A stretch of 49,494 nt of DNA from an uncultured Dehalococcoidales bacterium (GCA_964652005.1 CAZYZL010000001.1:1-49494), one strand, 5' to 3'. Counted from the first letter of the stretch, positions 30,053 to 40,469 are shown. Program-made: numbers and translations. Notes: a model not told the origin generated them from the sequence alone.

Positions 30053-31194
30053 ATGTGCAGACTAGAGGGTCGGGATTACAAGGACATTATTGATGTCAAC
30101 CAACTTGCTCATTCCTCGCTGGATACCAAGACAATACGGATGCGCGTCCTTTCCATTTTGGAGAGTATGTTCAAGGCATGGGGTGGGGTATTTCTTATTG
30201 GCGACCACGAACTGAACAAATTAGCTGTAAATAACATTGTCGGCCTTAATGTAGATAAGAGTGGAATTGATAAGTACGCTCAGTATTATTGGCGTTATGA
30301 TCCCATTTACCACGCGGCATTGCACTCGAGAAGGCTCGTTTTCAGAAACAATGATATTCTGCCATACTCCGACTGGGTAAAGCTCGAATACTACAATGAT
30401 TTCCTTCAACCACTGAATATCTACCGCGAACTGGCTATCTGCCTTCGCTTGGGTACCAAAATTCTTGGGCAGATAAGCCTCTTACGACCTAGGCTGCAGT
30501 CAAACTTTAATGAGAGTGACATATTAAGGGCAAATCTCGTGGCTCCTTCTATCGCCATTGCCCTGCGGAATGCCATCCTGTTCTCAAAAGCTGAAAATGA
30601 GAGACAACTGCTCTCGAAGCTCAGCGAGTCCTTGTTGGAGGGAGTCATTATCTTGGACTATGAGCTTTATCCTATATATATATCAGTCCTAAGGCTAAGG
30701 AAATGTTTCCTTATCTTTTGCACAAACATTCGGGACGGGTCGGTGGGGTGGGGAGTGAGAATGGGTCTATCCCTTCTGTGATTTTAGAAAATTGTTCAGC
30801 TATCAAACGAGTCTCCCAGAGCATAAGTAGGTGTGTCCACTTTCAACACGAAATAACCACAGATGAAAAACAGAATAAGATGTTGCGTATGGGAATATCA
30901 AGGTTTCCAATGCGTTGTGAGGTACCGCGTGCGCCTTATTTTTTGGTCTCTATGAAGTATGTCTCTGGAACCTGCGATAGCGGGGAAGAACTTACGAAGG
31001 GAGAGCGTTTTCTGACAAAGAGGGAAATGGATATCGCTTTATGTGTCGGGGAGGGTCTAACTAATAAGCAAATCTCTCAGAAACTCTTCATCAGCAAATT
31101 TACTGTCGGGACACATCTCAAGAATATCTTTGAGAAGACAGGAGCTAGGAACAGGGCAGAACTCGTTACTTACATGCAATCCGCTTGCATGTAG
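30053..31194 (+). pseudogene. LuxR-family regulator (N-terminal sensory region plus C-terminal HTH) split by a frameshift at a (TA)n tract
   Basis: ORFs 30053-30781 and 30703-31194 overlap in different frames. Removing one TA from 30673-30683 joins ...LDYELYPIYI to SPKAKEMFPYLL... The C-terminus LTKREMDIALCVGEGLTNKQISQKLFISKFTVGTHLKNIFEKTG is a LuxR/GerE HTH. Confidence 0.75.
30673..30683. repeat. (TA)5T dinucleotide tract at the frameshift point
   Basis: TATATATATAT read directly from the sequence. Both reading frames are open across it. Confidence 0.9.
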
Positions 31195-31371
31195 TCAGCA
31201 AAAGTGGGACAGTTTGGCTTGGAAAATAATGGACACTTTAAGTAGCTAAGCTGTGTTTGTCAAGGGCTCCAAGTTTATTAATCACTCCACCATCCCTGAA
31301 AACGCTGACTTTGTCAAATTAACAGGATATTACCTATTCATCCCTTCGTAGCTTCATAGTCACACTATGTT

Positions 31372-31605
31372 GTTCAGGCTGAGGCTGACTTAAGGGATAA
31401 GATTGAGGCTATCTGCCTTGAGTTTCCCCGCTACGGCTACCGCGGCGTCAGCCAACAGCCAAAGTGGGAGGGGTGTCAGGTGAATCATAAGAAGGTGCTG
31501 CGGCTGATGCGGGAGAGTGACCTTTTCTGCCGGGTCAAGCGGAAGTGGGTGAAGACCACAGACTCAAAGCACCACTTCCCCAGATATCACAATCTTATCA
31601 AAGAT
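31372..31605 (+). pseudogene. IS3-family transposase OrfB fragment (relic)
   Basis: The translation ...IEAICLEFPRYGYRGVSQQPKWEGCQVNHKKVLRLMRESDLFCRVKRKWVKTTDSKHHFPRYHNLIKD matches the N-terminal YGYRRI...VNHKRV.RLMRE..L...TT.S.H segment of IS3 OrfB. The DDE core and OrfA are absent. Confidence 0.65.
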
Positions 31606-31993
31606 GATAGAATGCGGGAAAGCGCCCGGGAACGGCTTGATGAAATAGGTATAAGTCCAGCTGAAGAGTGAGGGAGGCAAACTGCACAACACGATGTAGT
31701 GTGTCCCTTGTGTTCTATTACCAGCTTACAGACAACCAATTTAGGGCTGCCAGGGGCCAGTAATCAGCTAAACTGTCAGTGGCAACGAGAGACAAGGAGG
31801 TAATGGCGCCGTGACTGGGTCCACTGCGTATTGGTTGAGCTACGTTAAACAGAGGAAATCTACGTGAACAATAGAGGGGAGTGTGACCTCAAAAAGAAAC
31901 TTCTCACTACGTATGTTGACCCTTAAGTGGCTTAGCAAGTGAGTTGAGAAAACGTTTCCTCTACGATTTCAAAACTATCGCCCTGCCCCCGCA

Positions 31994-33574
31994 CTATCTG
32001 GCTAATTTCACGATGGGTGCTCTATACATATCAGGTATAGCCAGTATCCGTTGATAACATTCTGTAGGGAGAGGCTCGTCCAAGCAGAGAGCCATCATTG
32101 CTTTGCCACCGCGCTGCAAGCCCAAGCTCACTTGCATCTGACTAATATTGATGCCAGAATCACCGATTATGGTGCCTACTGCCCCAATCATGCCAGGGCG
32201 GTCTTTATGTTCGGTGAATAACATGTAACTGTCCGACGGCTCTATTTCCAGCCAGTAATCGTTTACCCGTGTCAGGTAGGTCTTGCCCCGAACTGAGGAA
32301 CCGGCTACCAGCGTGTTTCCATACTTAGTCTTCACCTCGACTGTCAACATGTTAGTGTAGTTTTCACAGGTGCTATCTTTCTGTTCGGTAATCCTTAGCC
32401 CCCGACTGCTGGCTACCACATCGGCATTAACAATACTAACTCGCTCGTCAGTGGTCATTTCCAGAAGGCCGCTCAGAACAGCAACTTTAATGGGGTCGGT
32501 GTTCTCTCTGGCGATGTCGCCTTGATAGCGGATAGTCAGTGATTCTGGGTGCCCTGGAATTAATTGCGTGGCAACTCTGCCAATCGTTCTACCTACTTCC
32601 AAATACGGACCGAGCGCTGAGATAGCTTCCTTGGAAATCATGGGTGCATTTACTGGAGACCTGGGGGGATAACCCCTAAGGACTGCCACTACCTGTTCGG
32701 CAATATCTCTGCTGGCACTTATCTCAGCTTCAACTGTTGATGCTGCTAGATGGGGTGTTGCGATTACCTTGTCACTCTTTAACAGGACGTTGTCTTGGGC
32801 GGGTTCCTCACTGAAAACGTCGACGGCAGCACCTGCCAAAAGGCCTTGATTGAGTGCCTCATAGAGTGCGTTTTCGTCCACTATGCCACCTCGAGCACAG
32901 TTCACGAGCATTGATGTCGGCTTCACCAACTTAAGTTGGTCACGGCTGATTAATCCTTTGGTGGTAGCATTCAAGGGCACATGTATAGTTATAAAGTCCG
33001 ATGTTGCCAGCAGCGTTTCCAGTTCGACCAGCTCTATATCCAGCTTCTCAGCCCAGGCCTCTGATATCAGGGGGTCATAGGCAATAACGCGCATGCGCAA
33101 CCCCTTAGCTAGCTGCGCTACCTCGGTACCTACCCGGCCAAGTCCGATGATACCTAGGGTCTTATTACGAATCTCAAAGCCTTTAAGTTGGCGATTCCAG
33201 ACCCTATCGTGAAGCAGGCTATTTGCCTTAGGAATCTGGCGCACTAGAGCTAGGAGCATGGCTATAGTATGTTCGGCAGTAGAGGCTATGTTTCCCTCGG
33301 GAGAATTGACCACAAGTATGCCACGGCGGGTAGCCGCGTCTACATCAATATTGTCTACTCCAACTCCAGCCCGTCCTATGACCAGTAAGTTGTCGGCAGC
33401 ATTGATAATATTGGACGTCACCTTAGTCTGACTGCGTACTATCAATGCTTCGTAACGCCCGATGATTGATTGCAACTGTTCCGGTGTCGGCGCTAGCTGA
33501 ATATCAACCTCAGCCCACTGGCTAAGAATCTCGACACCTACATCAGCTATTCGGTCGGTGATGAGCACCTTCAT
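31994..33574 (-). CDS. serA: D-3-phosphoglycerate dehydrogenase (long form with ACT domain)
   Basis: MKVLITDRI..., the NAD motif GIIGLGRVGTEVA, RGGIVDE and TPHLAAST, with a C-terminal ASB/ACT region. I moved the start to the ATG at 33574. Confidence 0.9.
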   Translation of the reverse strand: MKVLITDRIADVGVEILSQWAEVDIQLAPTPEQLQSIIGRYEALIVRSQTKVTSNIINAADNLLVIGRAGVGVDNIDVDAATRRGILVVNSPEGNIASTAEHTIAMLLALVRQIPKANSLLHDRVWNRQLKGFEIRNKTLGIIGLGRVGTEVAQLAKGLRMRVIAYDPLISEAWAEKLDIELVELETLLATSDFITIHVPLNATTKGLISRDQLKLVKPTSMLVNCARGGIVDENALYEALNQGLLAGAAVDVFSEEPAQDNVLLKSDKVIATPHLAASTVEAEISASRDIAEQVVAVLRGYPPRSPVNAPMISKEAISALGPYLEVGRTIGRVATQLIPGHPESLTIRYQGDIARENTDPIKVAVLSGLLEMTTDERVSIVNADVVASSRGLRITEQKDSTCENYTNMLTVEVKTKYGNTLVAGSSVRGKTYLTRVNDYWLEIEPSDSYMLFTEHKDRPGMIGAVGTIIGDSGINISQMQVSLGLQRGGKAMMALCLDEPLPTECYQRILAIPDMYRAPIVKLAR

Positions 33575-33787
33575 CTGGTACCTCTTTTGCAGCACATGGC
33601 ATAGGAATATTCTCCTATGAACGTAATATAATATCAAGGATAATGGCCCTCTGTCAAAACTTTCAGGCTGCCCACCCTTAAGGAACATAATTCACACTTA
33701 GGAGGCTAAAGACGACCTGACTTACTTTGAACATAGTTTTGTCCAAAAGATTAGCAGCCCATTGTGGCAACCAAACTAGAGGTTCTG

Positions 33788-33817
33788 TTGACAACTATGG
33801 CGGGGATATGCTATAAA
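33788..33817 (+). promoter_or_regulatory. Putative promoter of the riboswitch-gcv operon
   Basis: TTGACA (33788-33793), an 18-nt spacer, then TATAAA (33812-33817), about 20 nt upstream of riboswitch P1. Confidence 0.5.
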
Positions 33818-33835
33818 TTTTACTAGGGTTGTTGA

Positions 33836-34025
33836 CTTACGGCAGGAGATGCCCTATATAGGGAGCCGAAGGGGCAAGAGACAGAGTGTTAGCTCGAGGT
33901 CTTGAAACTCTCAGGCAAAAGGACTACCGTAAGTAAAAACCTCTGGAGAGATCTCTGTATGAGGTCGCCGAAGGGGTAAGTCCGCAAATATGCAGCGGGC
34001 AATCTCTCAGGTGAAGGGACAGGGG
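33836..34025 (+). promoter_or_regulatory. Tandem glycine riboswitch (two aptamers)
   Basis: Aptamer 1 has P1 CTTACGG (33836-42) pairing with CCGTAAG (33927-33), plus GGAGA...GCCGAAGGGGCAA...CTCTCAGGCAAAAGGAC. Aptamer 2 has CTCTGGAGAG...CGCCGAAGGGGTAA...TCTCTCAGGTGAAGGGACAGGGG. It lies upstream of gcvT. Confidence 0.9.
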
Positions 34026-34060
34026 TAATCTGTTTAATATAGATTACCCCTTCTTGTTTT
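34021..34060 (+). terminator. Riboswitch expression-platform intrinsic terminator
   Basis: AGGGGTAATCT, a 9-nt loop, AGATTACCCCT, then TCTTGTTTT. The 5' arm overlaps the 3' strand of aptamer-2 P1. Confidence 0.75.
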
Positions 34061-34108
34061 GGGAAGAAGGTAAAATTATTTAGCCATCTCTTGTAAGGAG
34101 ATTAAGTA

Positions 34109-35188
34109 ATGAAATTACTAAAGAAGACACCCCTTAACAAGGTGCATCATGACTTGAAAGCCAGGATGATAGATTTTGCTGGCTGGGAGTTACCTGTCTG
34201 GTTCACTTCTATTTTGGCGGAGCATAGGGCTGTTCGCTCTGGAGCAGGTATGTTTGATGTCTCCGATATGGGCAGAGTTTGGGTAAGCGGCAGGAAAGCG
34301 GGTTCCTTTCTTGATAAGGTATTAACCAAGCCAGCCCAGCAGTTAGAGGTAGGTTCGGCTCAGCTCTGCTTGCTGTGTTTAGAGGATGGAGGTATTCTAG
34401 ATGACTTGTGGGTATATCACGTAGGGACTGACCGGTATTTAATAGTTTGGAATGCAGCCAATATTGAGCAAAAGCTTGACTGGTTATGCCGTTGCTCAGG
34501 CTCAGACCCTGATATCATCATTGAGGACACATCTCCTGATACGGTTATGCTGGCTGTCCAGGGTCCATCTGTTTGCCAACTGAAGAATCTGAAGGGTGTC
34601 TCCCATTTACCTCGCTTTGGTCACACCCAAACGAAGATAGGCGGTCTAAGCGTATTTGTGGCTAGAACGGGATACACCGGAGAGGATGGCTTTGAGATTA
34701 TTAGCCATGCGGCAAATGCCTTACCCTTATGGGAATCGTTTATGGAACAGGGAGTGAAGCCCTGTGGCTTGGGGGCACGTGACAGCCTGCGATTGGAAGC
34801 CGGTATGCTGTTGTATGGGCAGGACATGGATACAGGCACCAATCCTTTTGAGGCTGGACTGGAGTGGTTAGTAGACCTTGGCAAGGGCGAGTTTATCGGT
34901 AAAAGTGCTCTGCTTGCGATTAAGCGCCAAGGTGTTAAGCGCAAGCTCATTGGCTTTCAAGTGAAAGGGCGAGAGATAGCTCGCTCAGCTTACAAAATTT
35001 TCAAATCTGACCAAGAGGTGGGCAGGGTTACTAGTGGTGGATATGCGCCAACTCTAGGTGTTAGTATTGGCCTGGGTTATGTTCCTATTGAGCTAGCCAC
35101 CATCGGCACTGATATTGAGATAATGATTCGCAACAAACCAGCGGCTGCTCAAGTAGTTAATAAGCGATTCTACCAAAGAGGAGCGTAA
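34109..35188 (+). CDS. gcvT: Glycine cleavage system T protein (aminomethyltransferase)
   Basis: TPLNKVHHDLKARMIDFAGWELPVWF, GMFDVSDMG, and RTGYTGEDGFEI. Confidence 0.95.
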   Translation: MKLLKKTPLNKVHHDLKARMIDFAGWELPVWFTSILAEHRAVRSGAGMFDVSDMGRVWVSGRKAGSFLDKVLTKPAQQLEVGSAQLCLLCLEDGGILDDLWVYHVGTDRYLIVWNAANIEQKLDWLCRCSGSDPDIIIEDTSPDTVMLAVQGPSVCQLKNLKGVSHLPRFGHTQTKIGGLSVFVARTGYTGEDGFEIISHAANALPLWESFMEQGVKPCGLGARDSLRLEAGMLLYGQDMDTGTNPFEAGLEWLVDLGKGEFIGKSALLAIKRQGVKRKLIGFQVKGREIARSAYKIFKSDQEVGRVTSGGYAPTLGVSIGLGYVPIELATIGTDIEIMIRNKPAAAQVVNKRFYQRGA

Positions 35189-35189
35189 A

Positions 35190-35591
35190 ATGAACTCAAA
35201 AGACTGTAAGTACACACAGGAACATGAATGGATTCGTCCTGAGCCTGGGAATAAGGGGAGTATAGGGCTTACCGATTATGCCCAATCTCAGTTGGGAGAT
35301 ATAGTTTATCTGGACTTGCCCGCCCCGGGCACTCAAGTGGAACAGTTCAAGAAGATGGGTGAGGTCGAATCAGTGAAAGCAGTTTCAGACATTTTCTCAC
35401 CAGTTAGTGGGCAGGTATTGGAAATCAACCAAACTGTCATCGATGAGCCTGGGCTGGTGAATGAAGACCCTTACGGAGCTGGTTGGCTGGTTAGGTTAGA
35501 ATTGAGCAAGCCTTCAGAGCTTGATGCCTTAATGGATAGCGACAAGTATGATAAATTTGTAGCTGAGTTATCTGAAGAAGAGTCAGAATAG
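35190..35591 (+). CDS. gcvH: Glycine cleavage system H protein
   Basis: YTQEHEWI and the lipoyl-lysine motif GEVESVKAVSDIFSPVSG. Confidence 0.95.
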   Translation: MNSKDCKYTQEHEWIRPEPGNKGSIGLTDYAQSQLGDIVYLDLPAPGTQVEQFKKMGEVESVKAVSDIFSPVSGQVLEINQTVIDEPGLVNEDPYGAGWLVRLELSKPSELDALMDSDKYDKFVAELSEEESE

Positions 35592-35607
35592 ATGGAGGAT
35601 AAGACTA

Positions 35608-36909
35608 ATGCCATCACCTTATTTACCCAATACTGATGCTGACCGCAGGGCTATGTTGCGGGAAATCGGAGTCAGTTCAATTGAGGAGCTATTTCAGGAT
35701 ATACCTGAAAAGTTACGCCATGCCCGGTTCAAGTTGCCGCCTCCTCTCTCTGAGCTAGAACTCAAAAAAGAACTCCATCAACTGGCAAGCCGTAATGCCA
35801 GTTTGGATAATTATGCTTGTTTTCTAGGTGGCGGTAGCTACCGGCACTTTATTCCGAGCACGGTTGAACACGTTACCGGTCGAAGCGAGTTCTATACTGC
35901 TTACACTCCATATCAAGCCGAGGTCAGCCAGGGTACACTACAAACCGTCTACGAATACCAGTCGCTGGTCTGCCAGCTCACCGGGATGGAAGTGAGCAAT
36001 GCTGGAATGTATGATGGCAGCACAGCGGCTGGGGAAGCAGCCATAATGGCATGTATAATAAAGAAAAAGAACAAGGTTGCTGTGTCAACCACGGTAAACC
36101 CGACCTATCGTGAGGTGATAAATACTTATGTTACGGGTCGGAACCTTTCTATAGAGACGGTAGAGTTAAACTCAAGCTTATCTTCGGACTGTGCCTGTTT
36201 AATAGTCCAACAGCCCAATTTCTTTGGCTATCTTGAAGAGATGGAAGCCTATGTTCAGAAAGCCCATGATATTGGGGCCTTATTCATTGCCATAGTTGAC
36301 CCTATTTCGCTAGGGATGTTTAAGCCACCAGAGGATTATAGGGCTGATATTGCTGTTGCTGATGGTCAGGCGTTGGGCAACCCGACAAGCTTTGGGGGAC
36401 CAGGTTTGGGCGCCTTTGCCTGTCGCAAAGAATACTTGCGCCAGATGCCAGGCAGGATTGTGGGCAAGACGGTGGATGTTGAGGGTAAGCCAGGGTATGT
36501 GATGACCTTGGTGACCCGCGAGCAATATATCCGAAGAGAGCGAGCTACATCTAATATCTGCACCAGTGAGGCTTTGATGGCCCTAGCCGCAGCGGTTTAT
36601 CTAGCTACCTTGGGCAAAAGAGGACTGAGACAGGTAGCTGAGCTATGCTATCACAAGGCTCACTATGCTGCCGAAAAAGTAGCTAAGCTCAAGGGATATT
36701 CCCTCGTTTTTCAAAAGCCTTTCTTCAAGGAGTTTGTCATTCGTTGCCCAATAGCACCCTCCCAGATTAACCAAGCCCTTTTCAAGGAAGGAATAATCGG
36801 TGGTTTAGATATAAGCTACATAATAGACAATAGTATGCTGCTCTGTGTTACCGAGATGAACACCAAACAGGAGATAGACAAATTGGTTGAAATTCTAGGA
36901 GCATTTTAG
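35608..36909 (+). CDS. gcvPA: Glycine dehydrogenase (decarboxylating) subunit 1
   Basis: YLPNTDADRRAMLREIG, FLGGGSYRHFIP, and YTPYQAEVSQGTLQ. Confidence 0.93.
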   Translation: MPSPYLPNTDADRRAMLREIGVSSIEELFQDIPEKLRHARFKLPPPLSELELKKELHQLASRNASLDNYACFLGGGSYRHFIPSTVEHVTGRSEFYTAYTPYQAEVSQGTLQTVYEYQSLVCQLTGMEVSNAGMYDGSTAAGEAAIMACIIKKKNKVAVSTTVNPTYREVINTYVTGRNLSIETVELNSSLSSDCACLIVQQPNFFGYLEEMEAYVQKAHDIGALFIAIVDPISLGMFKPPEDYRADIAVADGQALGNPTSFGGPGLGAFACRKEYLRQMPGRIVGKTVDVEGKPGYVMTLVTREQYIRRERATSNICTSEALMALAAAVYLATLGKRGLRQVAELCYHKAHYAAEKVAKLKGYSLVFQKPFFKEFVIRCPIAPSQINQALFKEGIIGGLDISYIIDNSMLLCVTEMNTKQEIDKLVEILGAF

Positions 36910-36921
36910 GGGGAGCGAGAA

Positions 36922-38364
36922 ATGAGTCATTATTATTTACTTCCTAACATTAGCCAGCCGGGCAAGATTGGGTGCAGTCTACCAACTCTAGATGTATCTC
37001 CGGCCAAGTTGCCCCCTAAGGAGCTACTCCGCCGAGAACTAAAGCTACCCGAGGTAAGTGAGGTTGAGCTAATGAGGTATTTCACCAGCTTAAGCAAGCT
37101 CAATTACGGAGTGGATACGGGATTTTACCCACTAGGCAGCTGCACCATGAAATATAATCCAAAATGGCATGAGGATATTGCCAAACTTGCCGGTTTTGCT
37201 TCAATTCACCCCCACCAGCCAGAGGAGTCTGTTCAGGGAGCCCTGCAGCTTATGTTCGAGCTGCAAGAGTATTTAGCTGAGATTACTGGCATGAATGCCA
37301 CCAGCTTGGTTCCTATAGCCGGAGCCCATGGTGAGTTTACCGGCTTGCTAATGGTAAAAGCATACCATCAACACCGAGGGGGTAAAGCTCGGAAGAAGAT
37401 ACTATTAACCGATTCTTCCCATGGAACCAACCCGGCTAGTGCTGTTATGTGCGGATTTGAGATAGGTGTCGTGGCTTCCGATAGTGAAGGTAATGTAGAT
37501 ATGAAGAGTCTGGAATCGGTGATGAATGAGGAGGTGGCTGCTTTAACATTAACCATGCCTACCACTTTAGGTCTATTTGACCCACAAATAGTGGAAATTA
37601 GCCAATTGGTTCATGAAAGGGGGGGACTTCTGGGTGCTGATGGGGCAAACTTGAATGCTTTCTTGGGGCGGGTGAAATTTGGAGAGTTGGGCTATGATTA
37701 TGTCCAGCTAAATCTCCATAAAACCTTCAGTACCCCCCATGGGGGTGGCGGACCAGGCTCAGGTCCGGTCTGTGCTAAGGAAAATTTGACTGATTTTCTG
37801 CCCTCACCTTTGGTAACTAAGAATAATGGGAAGTATAAGTTTGTCTCACCAGCTAAGTCTATAGGGAGGATAGCTAATTTTTACGGAAACTTTGGTGTAA
37901 TGGTTAAGGCTTATGCTTATATCCGTTCTCTGGGCGCCGAAGGGCTAAAGGAGGTCAGCGAGAACGCTGTTCTAAATGCTAACTACCTTAAGGAGAGGCT
38001 AAAACCATATTATTACCTGCCCTATGACCGCACCTGCATGCATGAAGTAGTGTTTTCGGGGAAACGCCAAAAGGTAAAGGGTGTTCATACGTTAGATATC
38101 GCCAAGCGTTTGCTTGATTACGGTCTTCACCCCCCCACCGTCTATTTCCCCTTGATAGTTGACGAAGCCCTCATGACTGAGCCTAATGAGACAGAGAGCA
38201 AACAAACACTGGATGCTTATATTGAGGCTATGAAAGAAATAGCCAGAGAGGCCGAGGAAAACCCTGAAATCTTGCATTCTGCTCCCCATAACACACCGGT
38301 TAGGCGCCTGGACGACGTCAGAGCTGCCAGAAATCCCGACTTACGCTGGGAGATGAGGAGTTAA
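36922..38364 (+). CDS. gcvPB: Glycine dehydrogenase (decarboxylating) subunit 2
   Basis: LGSCTMKYNPK and NLHKTFSTPHGGGGPGSGP (PLP lysine). Confidence 0.93.
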   Translation: MSHYYLLPNISQPGKIGCSLPTLDVSPAKLPPKELLRRELKLPEVSEVELMRYFTSLSKLNYGVDTGFYPLGSCTMKYNPKWHEDIAKLAGFASIHPHQPEESVQGALQLMFELQEYLAEITGMNATSLVPIAGAHGEFTGLLMVKAYHQHRGGKARKKILLTDSSHGTNPASAVMCGFEIGVVASDSEGNVDMKSLESVMNEEVAALTLTMPTTLGLFDPQIVEISQLVHERGGLLGADGANLNAFLGRVKFGELGYDYVQLNLHKTFSTPHGGGGPGSGPVCAKENLTDFLPSPLVTKNNGKYKFVSPAKSIGRIANFYGNFGVMVKAYAYIRSLGAEGLKEVSENAVLNANYLKERLKPYYYLPYDRTCMHEVVFSGKRQKVKGVHTLDIAKRLLDYGLHPPTVYFPLIVDEALMTEPNETESKQTLDAYIEAMKEIAREAEENPEILHSAPHNTPVRRLDDVRAARNPDLRWEMRS

Positions 38365-38368
38365 GGCT

Positions 38369-39751
38369 TTGGATGAAAAGGACATAGTGATAATTGGAGG
38401 CGGTCCTGCTGGCTATGTGGCAGCAATTCATGCTTCTCACCGGGGGGCTAAAGTGGCTGTGGTTGAGAAGGACAAGCTAGGTGGTACTTGCCTTAACCGA
38501 GGCTGTATTCCCACCAAGGCGCTTACCAGAAGCGTGGAGGTGCTCCTTGAAGCAAGAAGGGCAAACGATTTCGGAATAGAGGTTAACAACATCAAGATAA
38601 ATTTTCCCAAGATTATGGCTCGTAAAAGCAATGTCGTTAGCCAATTAGTGTCCGGTGTTGAACAGTTAATGAAAGCAAACAAGATAAGTATCTATAGGGG
38701 TACTGGCTGCATTCTGTCTCCATACCTGGTTAAAGTGAATGATGAAGAGATAGCAACCAGGAAGCTTATTATTGCCACTGGCTCCGAGTCGACTCCACTT
38801 CCTATCCCTGGTAGAGACCTGCCTGGGGTGCTGACCACTGATGATATCCTTGAGTTAACAGAACCCCCGGAGAGCCTTGTGGTCATTGGGGGTAGTTATG
38901 TGGGTGTTGAGTTCGCTAGCATCTTTAATGTGTTGGGGACAAAGGTAACCATTGTTAAAAGACGTCCTCTCCGGCTAGAGCCTATTGATGAAGAGGTTGG
39001 ACGACGTTTCGCCCAGACCTTGCCGAGGCAAGGTATTGAAGTCAAAATTGGAGCTGCGGTTAAGGCTATTAAGAGGAATGGAGCCGTTCTCAGCGTGGTT
39101 TGGGATACTCCACAGGGTGAGCAGGGAGTGGAGGGGCAGATGGTTCTTATGGCTACCGGGCGTGCCCCTTATACTGAGGGCCTGGGCTTATCACAACTCG
39201 GTATAAAGATGGACGGGCGAGCTATCGTGGTGAATGAACACCTTGAGACAAATATCAAAGATGTTTATGCCATCGGGGATGTTGTTGGCAAGAACATGCT
39301 GGCGCATGTTGCCTCCTATGAGGGAGAGGTAGCTGTTGAGAATGCCCTTGGTCATCCCCGTCAAGCCGATTATCACGCTGTCCCTAGTTGTATCTTTGCC
39401 CAACCCGAGATAGCCGGTGTTGGCATCACTGAGAAGGAAGCAAATGATAGCGGGATTCCTTATAAAGTGAGCAAATTCCCCTTCCTCGCCTGCGGCCGTG
39501 CTGTAGCCATGGGCGAGACGACGGGCATGGTTAAGATGATTTGTCATGCCGATAATGATAGGGTTCTAGGAATGCACATTATGGGACCCCATGCCAGCGA
39601 CCTCATCGCCGAGGGCGCGCTTGCCATACAACTAGGAGTAACGGCTGAGGACATTGTCCACACTATCCACGCCCATCCCACTCTACCTGAGGCAGTGCGC
39701 GAAACAGCAATGGGGCAGCTCGACGGTGCCATCCACTTCCTAAGGATGTAG
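38369..39751 (+). CDS. lpdA: Dihydrolipoyl dehydrogenase (L protein)
   Basis: IIGGGPAGYVAA, the redox disulfide GGTCLNRGCIPTK, and a C-terminal HAHPTLPE. The start is TTG. Confidence 0.92.
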   Translation: MDEKDIVIIGGGPAGYVAAIHASHRGAKVAVVEKDKLGGTCLNRGCIPTKALTRSVEVLLEARRANDFGIEVNNIKINFPKIMARKSNVVSQLVSGVEQLMKANKISIYRGTGCILSPYLVKVNDEEIATRKLIIATGSESTPLPIPGRDLPGVLTTDDILELTEPPESLVVIGGSYVGVEFASIFNVLGTKVTIVKRRPLRLEPIDEEVGRRFAQTLPRQGIEVKIGAAVKAIKRNGAVLSVVWDTPQGEQGVEGQMVLMATGRAPYTEGLGLSQLGIKMDGRAIVVNEHLETNIKDVYAIGDVVGKNMLAHVASYEGEVAVENALGHPRQADYHAVPSCIFAQPEIAGVGITEKEANDSGIPYKVSKFPFLACGRAVAMGETTGMVKMICHADNDRVLGMHIMGPHASDLIAEGALAIQLGVTAEDIVHTIHAHPTLPEAVRETAMGQLDGAIHFLRM

Positions 39752-39761
39752 AGCTCCACTG

Positions 39762-40469
39762 ATGAGTATTTCTACCAGCAAGAAAGTGTGTATCGCCCCT
39801 TACTTGGGGATAGTGCCATATGAGCTTAGCTTAAAGCTACAACAAGGACTAATGCAAGCGAGAGCTGAGGGCAAAATTGGTGATGTATTACTGCTCCTCC
39901 AGCACCCACCGGTTTTCACCATAGGGCGGTTTAGGGGTGAAGAGGATATAATTGTTCCTCCAGAGGCACTAGCTCAAGAGGGAATAGCTGTCTTTCATAC
40001 CAATCGGGGGGGCGGCAGCACCTATCATGGTCCAGGACAGCTTGTAGGCTATCCCATCATTAACCTTAAAGAAAATGGTCTTGGTGTGCGTGAATATATC
40101 TGGAAATTAGAAGCTGTTATCATCAAGTTATTGCTGGCTCTTGGTATCCAGGGTCACCGGCTGGCAGAGTACCCCGGCGTCTGGGTGGGTGAAAAGAAAG
40201 TTTGTTCCATAGGTATACATGTTAGCCACTACATTACTACACACGGCTTTGCTTTGAATGTAACTAACGACCTGCGGTATTTTGAATATATAAGACCTTG
40301 TGGCTTGGCAAGTGGAGTGATAACCTCAGTTTCAGAATTATTGGGACATCGGGTAGGGGTGGAAACCGTCATAGAAAAATTACTTCGTTCCTTCTCGGAG
40401 ACATTTGGCTTAAGCTGCGAGCCGGGGGATGATAAATGGTTGGCTATACTAGACGCCCTGAGTGGCTGA
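39762..40469 (+). CDS. lipB: Octanoyltransferase (lipoyl(octanoyl) transferase)
   Basis: LLLLQHPPVFTIGR and TNRGGGSTYHGPGQLVGYP. Confidence 0.9.
   Translation: MSISTSKKVCIAPYLGIVPYELSLKLQQGLMQARAEGKIGDVLLLLQHPPVFTIGRFRGEEDIIVPPEALAQEGIAVFHTNRGGGSTYHGPGQLVGYPIINLKENGLGVREYIWKLEAVIIKLLLALGIQGHRLAEYPGVWVGEKKVCSIGIHVSHYITTHGFALNVTNDLRYFEYIRPCGLASGVITSVSELLGHRVGVETVIEKLLRSFSETFGLSCEPGDDKWLAILDALSG

Noticed and set aside
31480-31671. Tracked 63-aa ORF (MNHKKVLRLMRESDLF...) as an intact gene
   Set aside because: It is an internal piece of an IS3 OrfB-like sequence whose homology extends upstream of the supposed GTG start (from about 31372). It loses homology after NLIKD. It is annotated as a relic instead.
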